DNA of 64,000 bases from NCBI RefSeq assembly GCF_009914755.1, contig NC_060946.1, one strand, 5' to 3'. The stretch is from the human T2T-CHM13v2.0 reference genome, Homo sapiens. This document shows positions 33,230 through 51,648 of this stretch, piece by piece (position 1 is the stretch's first letter; each line of letters begins with the position of its first letter). The position numbers and the translations under genes were made by a program. Under the pieces are notes generated by a model. The model had not been told where the DNA came from. It ran no database searches and saw only the letters and a list, made by a program, of their open reading frames with translations.

Positions 33230-33299
33230 CTGGGGGTGGGGAGGGGGGGGAGGTTTTAGAGGGAAAATGATGGAGGGCTGGGGAAAAATGGAGCATGTG

Positions 33300-33565
33300 C
33301 AGTACTGTTTCAGGTTCCTAAAATATCAGTTTGCAAACATAAAAATGTATTCTCTAAAATAGGCAAAGCACACGAACAAAAGAAGAAAAAACCCAACTGG
33401 TTAACAAGCAAATGGGAATGTGTTCAAGCTCATTCCTATTCAGAGAAATGCAAATTTAAATACAATAACGTCATTTGCCTAGGAAATTAGCAGAGCTTAG
33501 ACAATGAAAACTCCCAGTGTTGGTGAAGTGGAGACGAAAGGTTCATATTCACATGTGGGTGGGAA
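33300..33565 (+). mobile_element. Old L1 (L1M) 3' fragment
   Basis: agagaaatgcaaatttaaatacaat...cccagtgttggtgaag...tgggtggga resembles the L1 ORF2 3' end. Confidence 0.6.
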
Positions 33566-33573
33566 GGGCCCTT

Positions 33574-34168
<595 letters not shown>

Positions 34169-34761
34169 CAATTGTTTGGGTTTGCTCAAACCTTTTTTCT
34201 CTCTGCTGAACAATCACATCTCCAGCCCAGACTCAGGACCCTTGTATTTGCAGAAAGTGGCCCTGGTCAAGAGTCACCCTCTGCCAGGCCCTGCCCGGTT
34301 TGCCTTAGGATTGACAAAGTAGAGGGAAGGGAAGAGGAGGAAGAAGGGGAGGAGGGCACAAGGTTCCTCCAGGATCCCACCCGGGGGTGCCCACGCGGAG
34401 AAATGGCGTGTGCTCTAATTATCGTCAGACTCTGAAGTGGCCCACGTGAAATATCGAATCTCTCCAGAACAAAACCCAGCAAATCATTCCGGCGGGGGCA
34501 GCAGGAGAGAGCGCAGCCCTCGAGTCGGACCAGCCTGAGTTTAAGTCCTTCTCTGCCAGGGACTAGCTGTGCAATACTGGGCAAGATTCCTCACCTGCCA
34601 CGGTCTCGATTTCCTCATCTGCAACATGGCCATGATAATAGCTAAGTGCTAAGACATGGAGAGGATTGAGTGTGACCTGATACACGGGAGCACCACACCT
34701 GGCATCCAGGGTGTGGTCCCTTGGCCTCTGGGCGAACTGATCACTCTGTCCATTTCCTCTG

Positions 34762-35423
34762 CTTTTGACACCAGGGACCATTTCGTAGAAGACAACTTTT
34801 CCACAGATGAGGGTGGGGTGGGGGTGGAGAGTGGGGAGTGTGGGTGGGGGATGGTTTCGGGATGAAACTGTTCCAGTGGCCAGGCGCGGTGGCTCACGCC
34901 TGTAATCCCAGCACTTTGGGAGGCTGAGCGGGGCAGATCACCTGAGGTCAGGAGTTTGAGACCAGCCTGGCCAACATGGTGAAACCCCGTCTCTACTAAA
35001 AATACAAAAATTAGATGGGCGTGGTGGCGCGTGCCTGTAGTCCCAGCTACTTGGGGGAGGCTGAGGTGGGAGAATCAGTTGAACCCAAAAGGCGGAGGTT
35101 GCAGTGAGCCAAGATGGCTACACTGCACTCCAGCCTGGGGGATAGAGCGAGACTCTCTCCAAAAAAAAAAAAAAAAAAAGAAACTGTTCCACCTCAGGTC
35201 ATCAGGCATATCTGGCCGTAGTTAGATTCTCACAAGGAGCACACAACCTGGATCCCTCAAAAGCGCAGTTCACAATAGGGTTCACGCTCCTAATGAGACT
35301 CCAATGCCAGTGCTGATCCTACAGGAGGCGGAGCTCAGGCGGTGACGCTCACTCAGCCCGCTGGTTCCTAACAGGCCACGGACAAACAGTACTGGTCCTC
35401 AGCCTGCGATTTGGGGACCCCTG
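34762..35423 (+). mobile_element. MER1B-like element interrupted by an Alu (34878-35179)
   Basis: MER1 text on both sides, ending ggggacccctg; Alu TSD gaaactgttcca at 34864-34875 and 35180-35191. Confidence 0.8.
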
Positions 35424-35649
35424 CTGTAGAGGACTCCTCTCTCTAACCTGATATTATTGATCTTTTATTATATACTAAGCGCTGTGCCAGAGGCTTATAA
35501 GTGCAAACACATTATGTTGTTTCACAGCCTGCAAAGGAGGCACTATTAGCCCGGTTTATAGAGGGTGGAGATGACGTCAGCTGATGAGGCGTGGGGCCAG
35601 GATCTGAACCCGACAGGCTGACTTGAGAGTCCCTACTTTCAAAAAACAA

Positions 35650-37527
<1,878 letters not shown>

Positions 37528-37863
37528 TTAAAGGGGGTGGGGGGTAGAGAAAATAGACAACTCACCATTGTGCAGTTTCTAAAACTGAGAACTTTCCTAC
37601 CCCAAAGGTTAACCTAGGTGGCTCTTTCTGCTATGCACATGGAGAGGACTGAGCAATTGGTTTTTAGAGATCCTTTTGAGTGCTAGACAAAGCTGCCTCA
37701 ACATTTGGTCACTTGGGAAACTAGTGGGCCAATTTGCATACCAAACCCACAGCCTGTGGGAGGGAACGGAAAGAAGCCATAGTGTCTGGTGGACCAAGGC
37801 ACAGAGGCAGGAAAGCAAGACAAGGGCGCTGAAATCGAATTTGCTACATCAAGGAAAGTGGGG

Positions 37864-38183
<320 letters not shown>

Positions 38184-38654
38184 TCAGGGTGCCACATAGA
38201 GGCCTACCCATTTGGAGAGGCCCTATGCCCTCCACAGTGGAGTAAGTGCCATGATGTCGGCTTCACAGGAGGGACTGTGGGAGCGATGGAATTTCAGGCA
38301 GTGGGAACATCATGAGCAAAGGAAAGCAGGGGATGAACAGCAACATCCACCCCGCACGTGGCCTCCAAAGCCATCTCTTTTGGGTGGGGCTTCCCACCAC
38401 GGCGCACACCCCTCATGTTTATGTGGCCCTCCTCCCCTGGTTGCGATGTACCCCCAAACATCTGGGCCAGGAATCATTCAGACCTGGATACCAATTCCAG
38501 TGCTTGTACTTCCTAGCTGAGTGAATTTAGAAAGTCACCTTCACCTCTCTGAGCCTCCAGTCATGTATTCCTTCAACATGTATTTACTGTGGGCCTACTA
38601 TGTGCCAAGCACTACTCCAGGCACTGGGCAGGCAGTGGTGAACAAGATAAGCCT

Positions 38655-40090
<1,436 letters not shown>

Positions 40091-40109
40091 GACCACTACC
40101 TGTAAAATG

Positions 40110-41330
40110 AGCCAATGACACCTACACCCACGGGGCTCTCGCGAGGTGTCACGTGAACGCACCCAGCGAGCCCTGGAACCAGGCAGAGAATCGCGGCAGC
40201 CCCGGGGGCGGGGCTTCCAGGGGGCGGGGTCATACGGGGGCGGGGCCGAGGGACCAAGCGGCCGCTCCTGGCCGGAGGGCGGCCGGGTCGGTGACGTCAC
40301 CGCATGACTGGGTTTTTATGAATGAAAGGAATCCTGTGAGTGAGTAATTCCGGGAAGCTCGCCTTACAACTCCGCGCGGCCTCGGCCCCCTGCGCCGCCC
40401 GCCCCACAACAAAACTCAGCGCAGCGCTCCCGGGCGCCCGGTTCAGAGCGACCTGCGGCTCAGAGCGGAGGGGAGACTGACCGGAGCGCGGATCGGGACA
40501 GCGGCCGGGACAGCGGCGAGACGCGCGTGTGTGAGCGCGCCGGACCAAGCGGGCCCAGAAGCGGGTGAGGAACGCGGGACCAGGAGGACGGTGCGCGGGA
40601 CCCCAAGGCGGCAGGGTTTCTGCGTCCCGGGATGCGCCTGGGGTGGGCGCCCGGGCCCGATCCGTCGGGGCTCCCGGAGCTCCATCGCCCGGACGGCTCG
40701 GGGCGGGGAGAAGGGAGCGGCCGTCCCGGGGACGCCGAGGACGGGGCCGAGGCCAGCTCGGGGGAGTGGGGGTGGAGACGGGGCCCCTTCCCGGGGCGCG
40801 GGCGGGTAGGCGGCGGCGCCGGGAGGAAGGGGCAGCGCAGGCCGGCGATCTCCGCGTCCGCCCGGCGGGGGCGGGGGCGCTGTGCTCCTACGTGACTCGG
40901 TGGGAACAGGCCCTGGCCCGGCGCCCGCGGGCGGTGCGTGCGCGGTTTGTTTACGTCCGAGGGCGGGCGTGTGTTCCCTGGCGGGCGGCCTGGGTATCCT
41001 GCCCGGTGCGTGCGTGCGCTGTGTACCTCGGGGGCGTGTGTGCGTGTGTTGTGCTTGTGTGTGCGTGTCCGCGCGCGCGCTCCCTGGGGCCTGTACACCA
41101 GCAGTGTGTACCTCGGAGAGGGCGTGCCCTGGGCCGGCCACCGGAGTAAACGCGGAACAAGGACCCGAGCGAAGGAAGCGGACCCGTGCGTCTTCGCACG
41201 GGGTCTGGGAATTCTGGCCCGGGCCGCCCCAGTCCTACTACCCGGGGCTGTCCGTCCCCGGCTCTCCCCGGAGTTTCCCAGGGCCTCCGCCACGTGACCC
41301 CAGTGTTTGTCTCCCGCCCAGAGCCCGCGC
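40110..41330 (+). promoter_or_regulatory. MAFF CpG-island promoter and proximal intron 1
   Basis: Very CpG-dense; CCAAT 40112-40116, TCACGTGA 40149-40156, three GGGGCGGGG boxes 40205-40245, CRE TGACGTCA 40292-40299, GAS TTCCGGGAA 40348-40356, HRE TACGTG 40889-40894, FOX TGTTTAC 40948-40954. Confidence 0.92.
40400..40564 (+). other. MAFF: MAFF non-coding exon 1 (TSS approximate)
   Basis: Donor GCGG|GTGAGG at 40564/40565 inside the CpG island. Confidence 0.75.
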
Positions 41331-44300
41331 CCGCAGCCACAGGGTGGGGCAAGGTATCAAAGACCCCACCCAGCTGAGCTAGGAGTGAGGGATGTGAGCC
41401 ACCCCCGCTTGGCACCCCGGTGGATCTGGTAACAAAGTGAGTTGGAGCCCAGGTTCTTGTCCCCAGATTTTGGGGCTTCCTGGGGAGGGAAGAACCAAGG
41501 GACTCTCGTTCGTCCCCAGGGTTGCCCATCCCCTCAGTCCCATGAGAACAGGAAGGGCCAGAAAACCTTGACTGCAAGGGTGCGGCGCAGGGAGAGGACC
41601 ACAGGCTTTTAGCTAGTCCGGGTTCTGGAGGCTGTACCTGCTAGGTCGTGGAGGATGGGGCGGAGCCGGTTTCCGCTCTCCTGGTAGTTTCAGTTCACAA
41701 GTGGGACTGGTGAGACTAGACTGACCTACAGCTGGACGCCGGAAGCTAGCTGAGGCTCTGAGCCAGCCGACAGACCCCGAGTGCCCTCACCCTGGGCCAG
41801 GCAGGGTCAGTAGGCATTGGGGATAGAACTCTGACTGCACGGAGGGTTAATGAGTGAGGGGTGGGGCCTGACCTAGCCGCCACCCACCCACTCACCCAAT
41901 AGCCCTGCAGAAAGCACCTGTTTGTCGTAGCCGCCTGCAGGATGGGCTGGGGGCTAGAGATTCCTTGGTCTTAATCCACCTTCCCCCTCCACCCACCCAC
42001 CCACGGTCTATGGAATTGTGGGAGGGGAGCAATTGAACTTGCTAGGGTGAGGAACCAATGATCTTTTGACTTTGGATCTTTGAACCCTGGGTGAGCTCTG
42101 CTACAGCAGCCCGGACCCTCAGTATTCCCATCTACCACTGGGAACTAGGTAACAGCCAGGATGGCAGGATGGTGGGTAGAAGGGGGAAGCTCTGGAAGTC
42201 TGTGCAGACAGCGTATTTTCCAGGTGAATTGTGGAAGAGAAAGCAGGGCTGACAGCCCCATGCCAGGAGCTGGGGGTACCCAAGAGTAGGTGGGGTTTGA
42301 GTCAGGAGGGTTGGGGCCAGGAGCACAGGAACCAGACAGGCCCACCCTCAAAGCTGGGCAGGAAACATTACAAAGTAGGGCCTGGGGTCAGGGGATGAGG
42401 GGAAGTGGCTGGTTGACTCAGTCCCAGATGGAAAGTTAGCACTGAGAAGTTTAACTTCCCATTGAATCACCCCTGGGCCCTGCATTGCCATTGGGCCCTT
42501 GTCCTGGACCAGATGCCAGGGATGAGATGAACAGACCAGATCCAGAGACTGCCCTCTGGGAGCTTATAGCTCAGCAGCGGACACAAACTTGAAAAAAGAT
42601 CCACAGAAGTAAATGCAAAACACAGCTTAGATGGGTGATGTGAGGGAGAAGTCACTGTGGTTTGAAAGTACATAACAGCGCTCTGACTTAGCCAGGGCAA
42701 TCAAGGAAGGCTTCCCTGGGGAGGTGACTAGTGTGCTGAGTCTGATAGAGTGGTGGTTGTCTGTGAAGCCCTTGAAGGCAGGAGCTGTGATTCACTTCAG
42801 GGTCTCCAGGGCCCAGCACAGAGCCTGGAACATAGTAGGTGCTTCTTGGATGTTTGCTGATTGAATGAATGAGCCCTGGATCCCTGCCCTCTAAGAGCTC
42901 CACAACACATGGAGAAAAAGGCCTGGGAACCCCAGAGAAACAGGAAGCCAGGGCAGGGGCTGGGGGAATCTTGAAGCAGTCTCCCAAAAGCGAGCAAATC
43001 CTTCAGGACTCAGGCAACTTCCTCCCTCACACACACAGGCATGCACTGCCCGCTTGTCCCTTTGGGAAACATTCAGGGATAGTAGAATTTGCTGTCTGTT
43101 CATTCATCTGTTAGCATACGATCCTGGGAGAGAGTGGACAGGAATACGGTTGAGGCCTGAGGACCCTACTGTGTTGGCTTGCGGGGAGGCTGGCATTGCA
43201 GGGTTTTGAAATGGGCCAAGCACGGACAGGCTCGTGGGTTTGTGTCAGTAGTGATTCCTCTGACAGCTCTTGGGGGAGGATCAATGATGGGGATTGGAGA
43301 CGGAGGGCAAGGCAAGAGGCTGGTGAGCAGGCGGTTGTGGTCATGGTCCAGATGAAGGAGGAAGTGGTCTGTGGCTGTGCAGGTGGAGAAGAGGGCTAGT
43401 CTGATAGTCTGATAGTTTGTGTCTCATGCCCCCACCTCCAGGAAGCCTTCACCGCTTTCCTTTCCCTACCTCCATTCTGCTGGTGGTCTTGGAGCTCTGG
43501 GCCAGAATCTGAAACTCTAAACTCAGAGACAGTCATTGTTGGAAGGTACCTTAGGCTCGGAGGACGTTTGGCATAGTGGGAAAACTGAGGCCCAGAGAGA
43601 GGGAGTGCCGTACCTGAGGCCACACAGCGAGTGTGAGAGGGTACCTGAACTGGGGCTGGAACCCCAGGCCGTTGCTTCTCTGTGGTGCTTGGTTCTTCCA
43701 GCCTTGCTCCCCTTCCAGCAGGGAGGAGGCTCCAGCAGTGCTGACTGCCAAGAGCTAGGAAAACACATTTTTTCCCTGTCCTCACAGAGCGAGCAGAATG
43801 GCTCAGCAGCCAGAAAGGAGCCCATGCCAGCGGGTGGGCCTTCTACAGGATGTCTCTGGAGTGGACTGGTGGGGCCAGGGAGGGGGACGTTGGAGGGTTG
43901 TGGCTGCTGACTGGACAAGGCAGTTGTCAGTCCCTCAAGAGTCACCTCTCTCCTTATGCCTCCAGAAGACGTCATGAACCTGCAGACCCTGGAGGTCAGC
44001 TCTGCTGGCTTCCAAGGGAAGAAGCCAGGGAGAGGTGGTGGTGGCCGACATAGAAGACAGAGGACCCCTGGGTTCCAGTCCGCCACGGCTACCAAACAGT
44101 GGCTTGGTTGCCTCAGGTGCTGAACAGGGGATCGGATCAGCTACTATTTCTCAGGCCCAGGGTCAGCCAGCCTGGCAAAGGCAGAGGACCCAGGCCCCTT
44201 GGCAGCCCCTGGCCTGGGGTTGGCAGCGGAAAGCCTGAGGTTACCAGAAAGTTCCCCCTTCTTGTGACTTTCCCCCTGTGATTGCCTGACTGCTGAGCTA

Positions 44301-44672
44301 GGACATTCCTGGGCAAACGTGGGTGCCTCAGCTGACATCCAGGATGCGGTTGAGGGGGCTGAGGCTCGGACAGGAGGGCATGGAGGAGTGGGGGAAGAGC
44401 AGGTTCAAAACCTTCCTAGCACCTGAGGGTATTTACAATCACAGCCAGCTTCCGCTATTATCAAGGATAGGGAATGGCTGATGGTTCCATCTCTCAGGCC
44501 TGGTCTGGAGGCAGTGTTGAGGATTCTAGGCTGTGTCCAAGCTCAGGAGAAAACAGTTCTGTGCTGAGAAAGACTCAGGGGCTGTGGCCTGCCTCACTGG
44601 GAATTGGTGCTGTGTGTGGTTAGTGATGTCTCTGTTGCTTGTGGATAGTGGGATGATGGTGAGATGAGGTGA

Positions 44673-45055
<383 letters not shown>

Positions 45056-45773
45056 TAGCAAGGAATCCAGGACTCAGGAAAAATGACTTGTGCATGAGGC
45101 CAGACTGTGCCTCTGAGGTTCTGTATCAGCCGCAACACCCAAAGGGCAGTTGATTAACTTGCGTGGGGAGAGGCTTCCCTTCTCCCATTGGGTCTTTCTG
45201 TGTAGCTCAGGTGGCCAAGCATCACTGCACGTGCCAGCTCCCCAAACGGCTGGTAAGGGGGCCTGGATACTTAACTGTAACTTGCAAATCGTATCCCTAG
45301 CGGGCCCAACACAAATCCTGGAGAATCAGAGCTGGGGTGGCCTTGGAAACTGGCAAGTCCAGCTTCATCTTCACAGGGCTAGGGAAACAGGGCCCAGGGA
45401 GGTCGCCCTGCCAGGGCCACACAGGGAGGAGGTGTGTGGCTCCATGTGGCCTCAGGCCTGAATTCTATTATTATTATTATTATTATTTTTGAGATGGAGT
45501 CTTGCTCTGTCACCCAGGCTGGAGTGCAGTCGCGTAATCTCGGCTCACTGCAACCTCTGCCTCCCAGGTTCTAAGCGATTCTCCTGCCTCAGCCTCCTGA
45601 GTAGTTGGGACTACAGGTGTGTGCCACCAGGCCCAGCTAATTTTTTGTATTTTTAGTACAGACAGGGTTTCACTGTGTTAGCCATGATGGTCTCAGTCTC
45701 CTGACCTCATGATCCGCCCACCTCGGCCTCCCAAAGTGCTGGGATTACAGGCATGAGCCACCTTGCTTGGCCA

Positions 45774-45811
<38 letters not shown>

Positions 45812-47012
45812 AGACAGAGTCTCGCTCTGTCACCCAGGCTGGAGTGCAGTGGCGCGATCTCAGCTCACTGCAAGCTCCATCTCCGGGTTCACGCCATTCT
45901 CCTGCCTCAGCCTCCCCAGTAGCTGGGACTACAGGCGCCCACCACCACACCCGGCTAATTTTTTTTTTAAGAGGCGGGGTCTTGCTTTGTCACCCAGGGA
46001 GTGCAGTGGCGGGATCACAGCTCACTGCCGCCTTGAATTCCTGGGCTCAATGGTTCCTCCTGCCTCAGCCTCCTGAGTAGCTGGGGCTATAGGTGTGCAC
46101 CACTGCACCCGGCTAATCTTTTTATTTTTTGGAGATGGAGTCTAGCCATCTTGCCCAGGTTGGTCTTGAACTCTCAGGCCTGAATTCTACCCCATGCTGG
46201 CTGTATGAGCCTGGACTACTCTATTGTCCTCTCTGGGCATTACCTCAGGGTTGGGCGAACCAGGGAGGTGACGGTGTGAAGGGACCAGGTTTCAGTCCTG
46301 GGCCTTTGCAGCTATTCATTCACACCTATTGTGTGACTTCAGGCAAGTGCTGCCCCTCTCTGGGTCTCTACCTCCCCTTGGGTAAAGGGAGGAGGCAGGA
46401 CCTGATGGCCTCTAAGGGCCTTTCCTGCAGTTCCCTGTGTGACCCCAGCCAGCTGGGAGATGCTAAATCAGAGCGAGACCCCAGTGCTGGCTACAGGCCT
46501 GACCCCTCCTGGACAGACAGCAATTCTAACCTCCCAGCTGCTCACTGACCTCTACAGTGTATACCACTTGATTCCACCAAAACCCTGCGAGGCAGGTATT
46601 GTTCCGATCCTTTAGATGGGAAAGTGGAGACCCAGAGAGATGGAGTGGCTCACCCCAGGTCACACAGCCTGAGAAAACAGAGATGCGACTTAAACCCAAG
46701 CTTGACTCCCAATCCAGTGCTCCTTTCCCTGTTTCCCACACCCCACCTTTGGGCCCAAAGTCACGTGGATGGGATCCCCTCTGCTCTCTTCCCATTCGCC
46801 TAGCATCTGTACTGTCTCTGCCAACAGGCCCAAGGAAGCAGCTGGAGAGGAGGAAGAATTAGAGACAGGGCCAGGAGGTACTGAACTACGTTTCGGCTTG
46901 GAACCCGGCTTGGTGACAAGCTGGGTGATGGCGTCAGAGACTCTGACCATCCACCCTTCCCCAGTGCCTGCTCCCTGCCAGGTCTTGAGATGGGTGGCCT
47001 CAAGCACCCAGA

Positions 47013-47023
47013 GCTGACTCAGC
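47013..47023. promoter_or_regulatory. MARE/ARE-like element GCTGACTCAGC in MAFF intron 1
   Basis: 11 of 13 positions match the T-MARE TGCTGACTCAGCA; contains the ARE core TGACnnnGC. Confidence 0.45.
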
Positions 47024-47373
47024 CTCTCCCTGTCTGGTGGAGAGACAGCAAGGAAATACAACCCATTACACACAGGGGTGGGGGTCCCTAACAAGTCCTA
47101 GGGATCAGGGAGGGCTTCCTGGAGGAGGAGATGTCTGCACCCAGGGCCGAAGGATGAGTAGGAGTCTGCCAAACAAAGTAGAGGGGAGTGAGGGGAGAGA
47201 AATATCATGGGGTGGGAGGTGGCTCAGAGGCAAGAAAGCGCGGGTGGGAGGAAGTGAAAGAAATTCTGTGTGGCTGGAGCACAGAGTGGAGGTGGCAGTG
47301 GTGGGAAATGGGCGTGGGGCTGGACACACAGGGCCTGGGGTGCTGGGAGGGTGGGTCTGGACTCCATCCTTAG

Positions 47374-47541
<168 letters not shown>

Positions 47542-48937
47542 TGATAGCTGGGACTACAGGTGCCTGCCACCACACCCGGCTAATTTTTTGTATTTTTTAG
47601 TAGAGACGGGGTTTCACCATGTTAGCCAGGATGGTCTCAATCTCCTTACCTTGTGATCCGCCCGCCTCAGCCTCCTAAAGTGCTGGGATTATAGGCATGA
47701 GCCACCTTGCCCAGCCGAACCATGGAAGGCTTTAATCTGGCTGGTGGCATGGTCAGATTCGCGTGGTGCAAAGATTGTCCAGCTGCTGTGTGGGAATGAG
47801 CTGAGACCAGCAGGGAGGTGTGCTGGGACCTCCCCAGGTGTGTGTAGGGTGGTGAGGGTGACCACTTAAGAGGCCTGCATTGGGTTGGGCGTGGTGGCTC
47901 ACACCTGTAATCCCGGCACTTCAGGAGGCCGAGGCAGGTGGATCACCTGAGGTTAGGAGTTCGAGACCAGCCTGACCAATATGGTGAAACTCTGTCTCTA
48001 CTAAAAATACAAAAATTAGCTGGGCGTGGTGGTAGGCGCCTGTAGTCCCAGCTATTCAGGAGGCTGAGGCAGAGCTAATCGCTTGAACCCAGGAGGCGGA
48101 GGTTGCAGTGAGCTGAGATCCTGTCACTGCACTCCAGCCTGGGCGACAGAGCGAGACTCCATCTCAAAAAAAAAAAAAAAAAAAAAAGGGAAAAAAAAAA
48201 GGCCTGCATTGAAAGGTAGGATCGGTGAGGTTGACATGTAAACGTCTCCAGATAGTATCTGAAAGGTCAGGGTAGCCAGCAGATCTCATATGACTTTTCC
48301 AGGTAGGATGGGAGTGCACAGAGGCCCCCAAGGAGAGCTAGGTGGGCAGCCAGGGCCTGAGCCCCCTAGGATTTGGAGTGCTAGGCAGGGAAACTGAGGC
48401 CAGAGCCCAGGCTAAGCCGGCATGTTCAGCAGTGGGGGGTCGCAGCTCAGGGGTCACCCCATGAAGCCACTGGTCTTCACCGTGGATCCGCACAGGGGTC
48501 TAAAGCTGCCTGGGTCCTGACCTGGCACTCTGGGTCCACCCAGCTACCCCCAGCGAAACCTGGGTGACCCCTAAGACTCTCCTGCTTAAGGGCCACAGTG
48601 GCTGCCCCTGTCAGGGGATCTCTGCAAGCGCCAACTTCCTTCTGTCCCACTCCTTCCTTCCCTGTGAGCTGCCAGACCCCCTGACTGTGTGGGCTGGGAG
48701 GAGCTGGGGAGTTTCCTGAGAAGCCCTGGACTGTCCCCACCTTGGCCTGAGTCACACTGAGAACTCAGCAAGGATTCCTTGAGTATCTGCGAGGTGCCAG
48801 GCGCGGTTCTAGGCATGGGGGAGGCCGCGGTGAATCAGGTATAAGTTCTGCCCTCATGGAGCTGGCATTCTAATCGGGGGGTTGGGAGGGACAGACACTG
48901 AACAAATAACCACCATATATGTGAGTGATGACAATTA

Positions 48938-49855
<918 letters not shown>

Positions 49856-50296
49856 TGAGCCACCGCGCCCGGCCACTGGGGATCACTTTCTGCAGCACTT
49901 TGTGGGCCATGGTGACAACTCTGGCTTTACTCCAGTGAGCCGTGGGAAGGTCCTGAGAGAGGTGTGACATGAGCTGACTTAACACAGCTACCTGTGTCAC
50001 CCAGGGGGAAAGTGAGGCACAGAAAGAGTGGCTGACCTATCAGAACCACACAACTAGAGAGCGAGACCACCCCCAAAAGGCCCCAGGTGTGTCTGGCACC
50101 AAGGTCCATGTGCTTTCCATTTCTGCACCTTGTCCCTGGGAGACACCCCGGTCCTGCCAGAATGTGTCAGAGGCTGAGCCAACCCGTGAGGTCAACCCTG
50201 TAGACAGCTCAAGGAACCAGGACTTGGATCTGGCTTTTGCCCTCTGCTGTCCACAAAACTGGGTGATGCTCTTTCCGATACGGTACGTGTTTATAG

Positions 50297-50569
<273 letters not shown>

Positions 50570-51252
50570 TGAACTCCTGAACTGAGGTGATCTGCCCGTC
50601 TCAGCCTCCTAAAGTGCTGGGATTACAGGCGTGAGCCACCGCGCCCAGCCTATCTTCCTTTATTTTCCTTGGCTTCTTATCACTGCCCCCTCCCCTTGGA
50701 GACAGATGAGAAAACTCAGGTTCTCATGGCGGAGAACCTGAGAGGATTGGCAAAGTAGATCCTATCAGCTAGAGACAGAGAGGACTGCTGCTTTAAAGGG
50801 GACTTTGGGAGATGGTCCCCTTCTCCAGCCCAGAGCAATGACCACTGACCCTCCACGAGTTTTATTCACCTTTTTCTCCCCATTACCAAGTACATGTTTG
50901 GCAAAGAGCTCAATAAATAGTTGTTGAAGGAGCATGTGGCTGTCAGGCCTGTGGGAGGGAGGATTAGGAGATGAGAGGCCCTCATTGGTCTAGGGATGGC
51001 TGCCCCATCTGCCTAGGGCATGCTGAGTTAGTATGGGGCAGCCCCCAGGAGGTTGGGAAAACTTTCCCAAAACAGAGGTCTAGATGAAGGAGGCCTGGGG
51101 AGAGAGGGGACTGGCTGATGTTGTATCTTACGGGGTGCTGGATGGGCTTTGTGTAAAGGCATTTACTGGTGCACATATGCTGTGTGTACTTTTCTGTATG
51201 TAGGTTATACTTTAAGAAAAGTTCTGAAAAATTGGCTGGGCACAGTGGCTCA

Positions 51253-51648
<396 letters not shown>

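Noticed and set aside
35572-35581. CRE/half C-MARE TGACGTCAGC
   Set aside because: Isolated motif within a MIR-like relic; sequence alone cannot support function.
40443-41577. Several 200-280 aa ORFs over the MAFF CpG island
   Set aside because: Low-complexity Pro/Arg/Gly/Ala translations caused by stop-codon scarcity in GC-rich DNA; no domain recognised.
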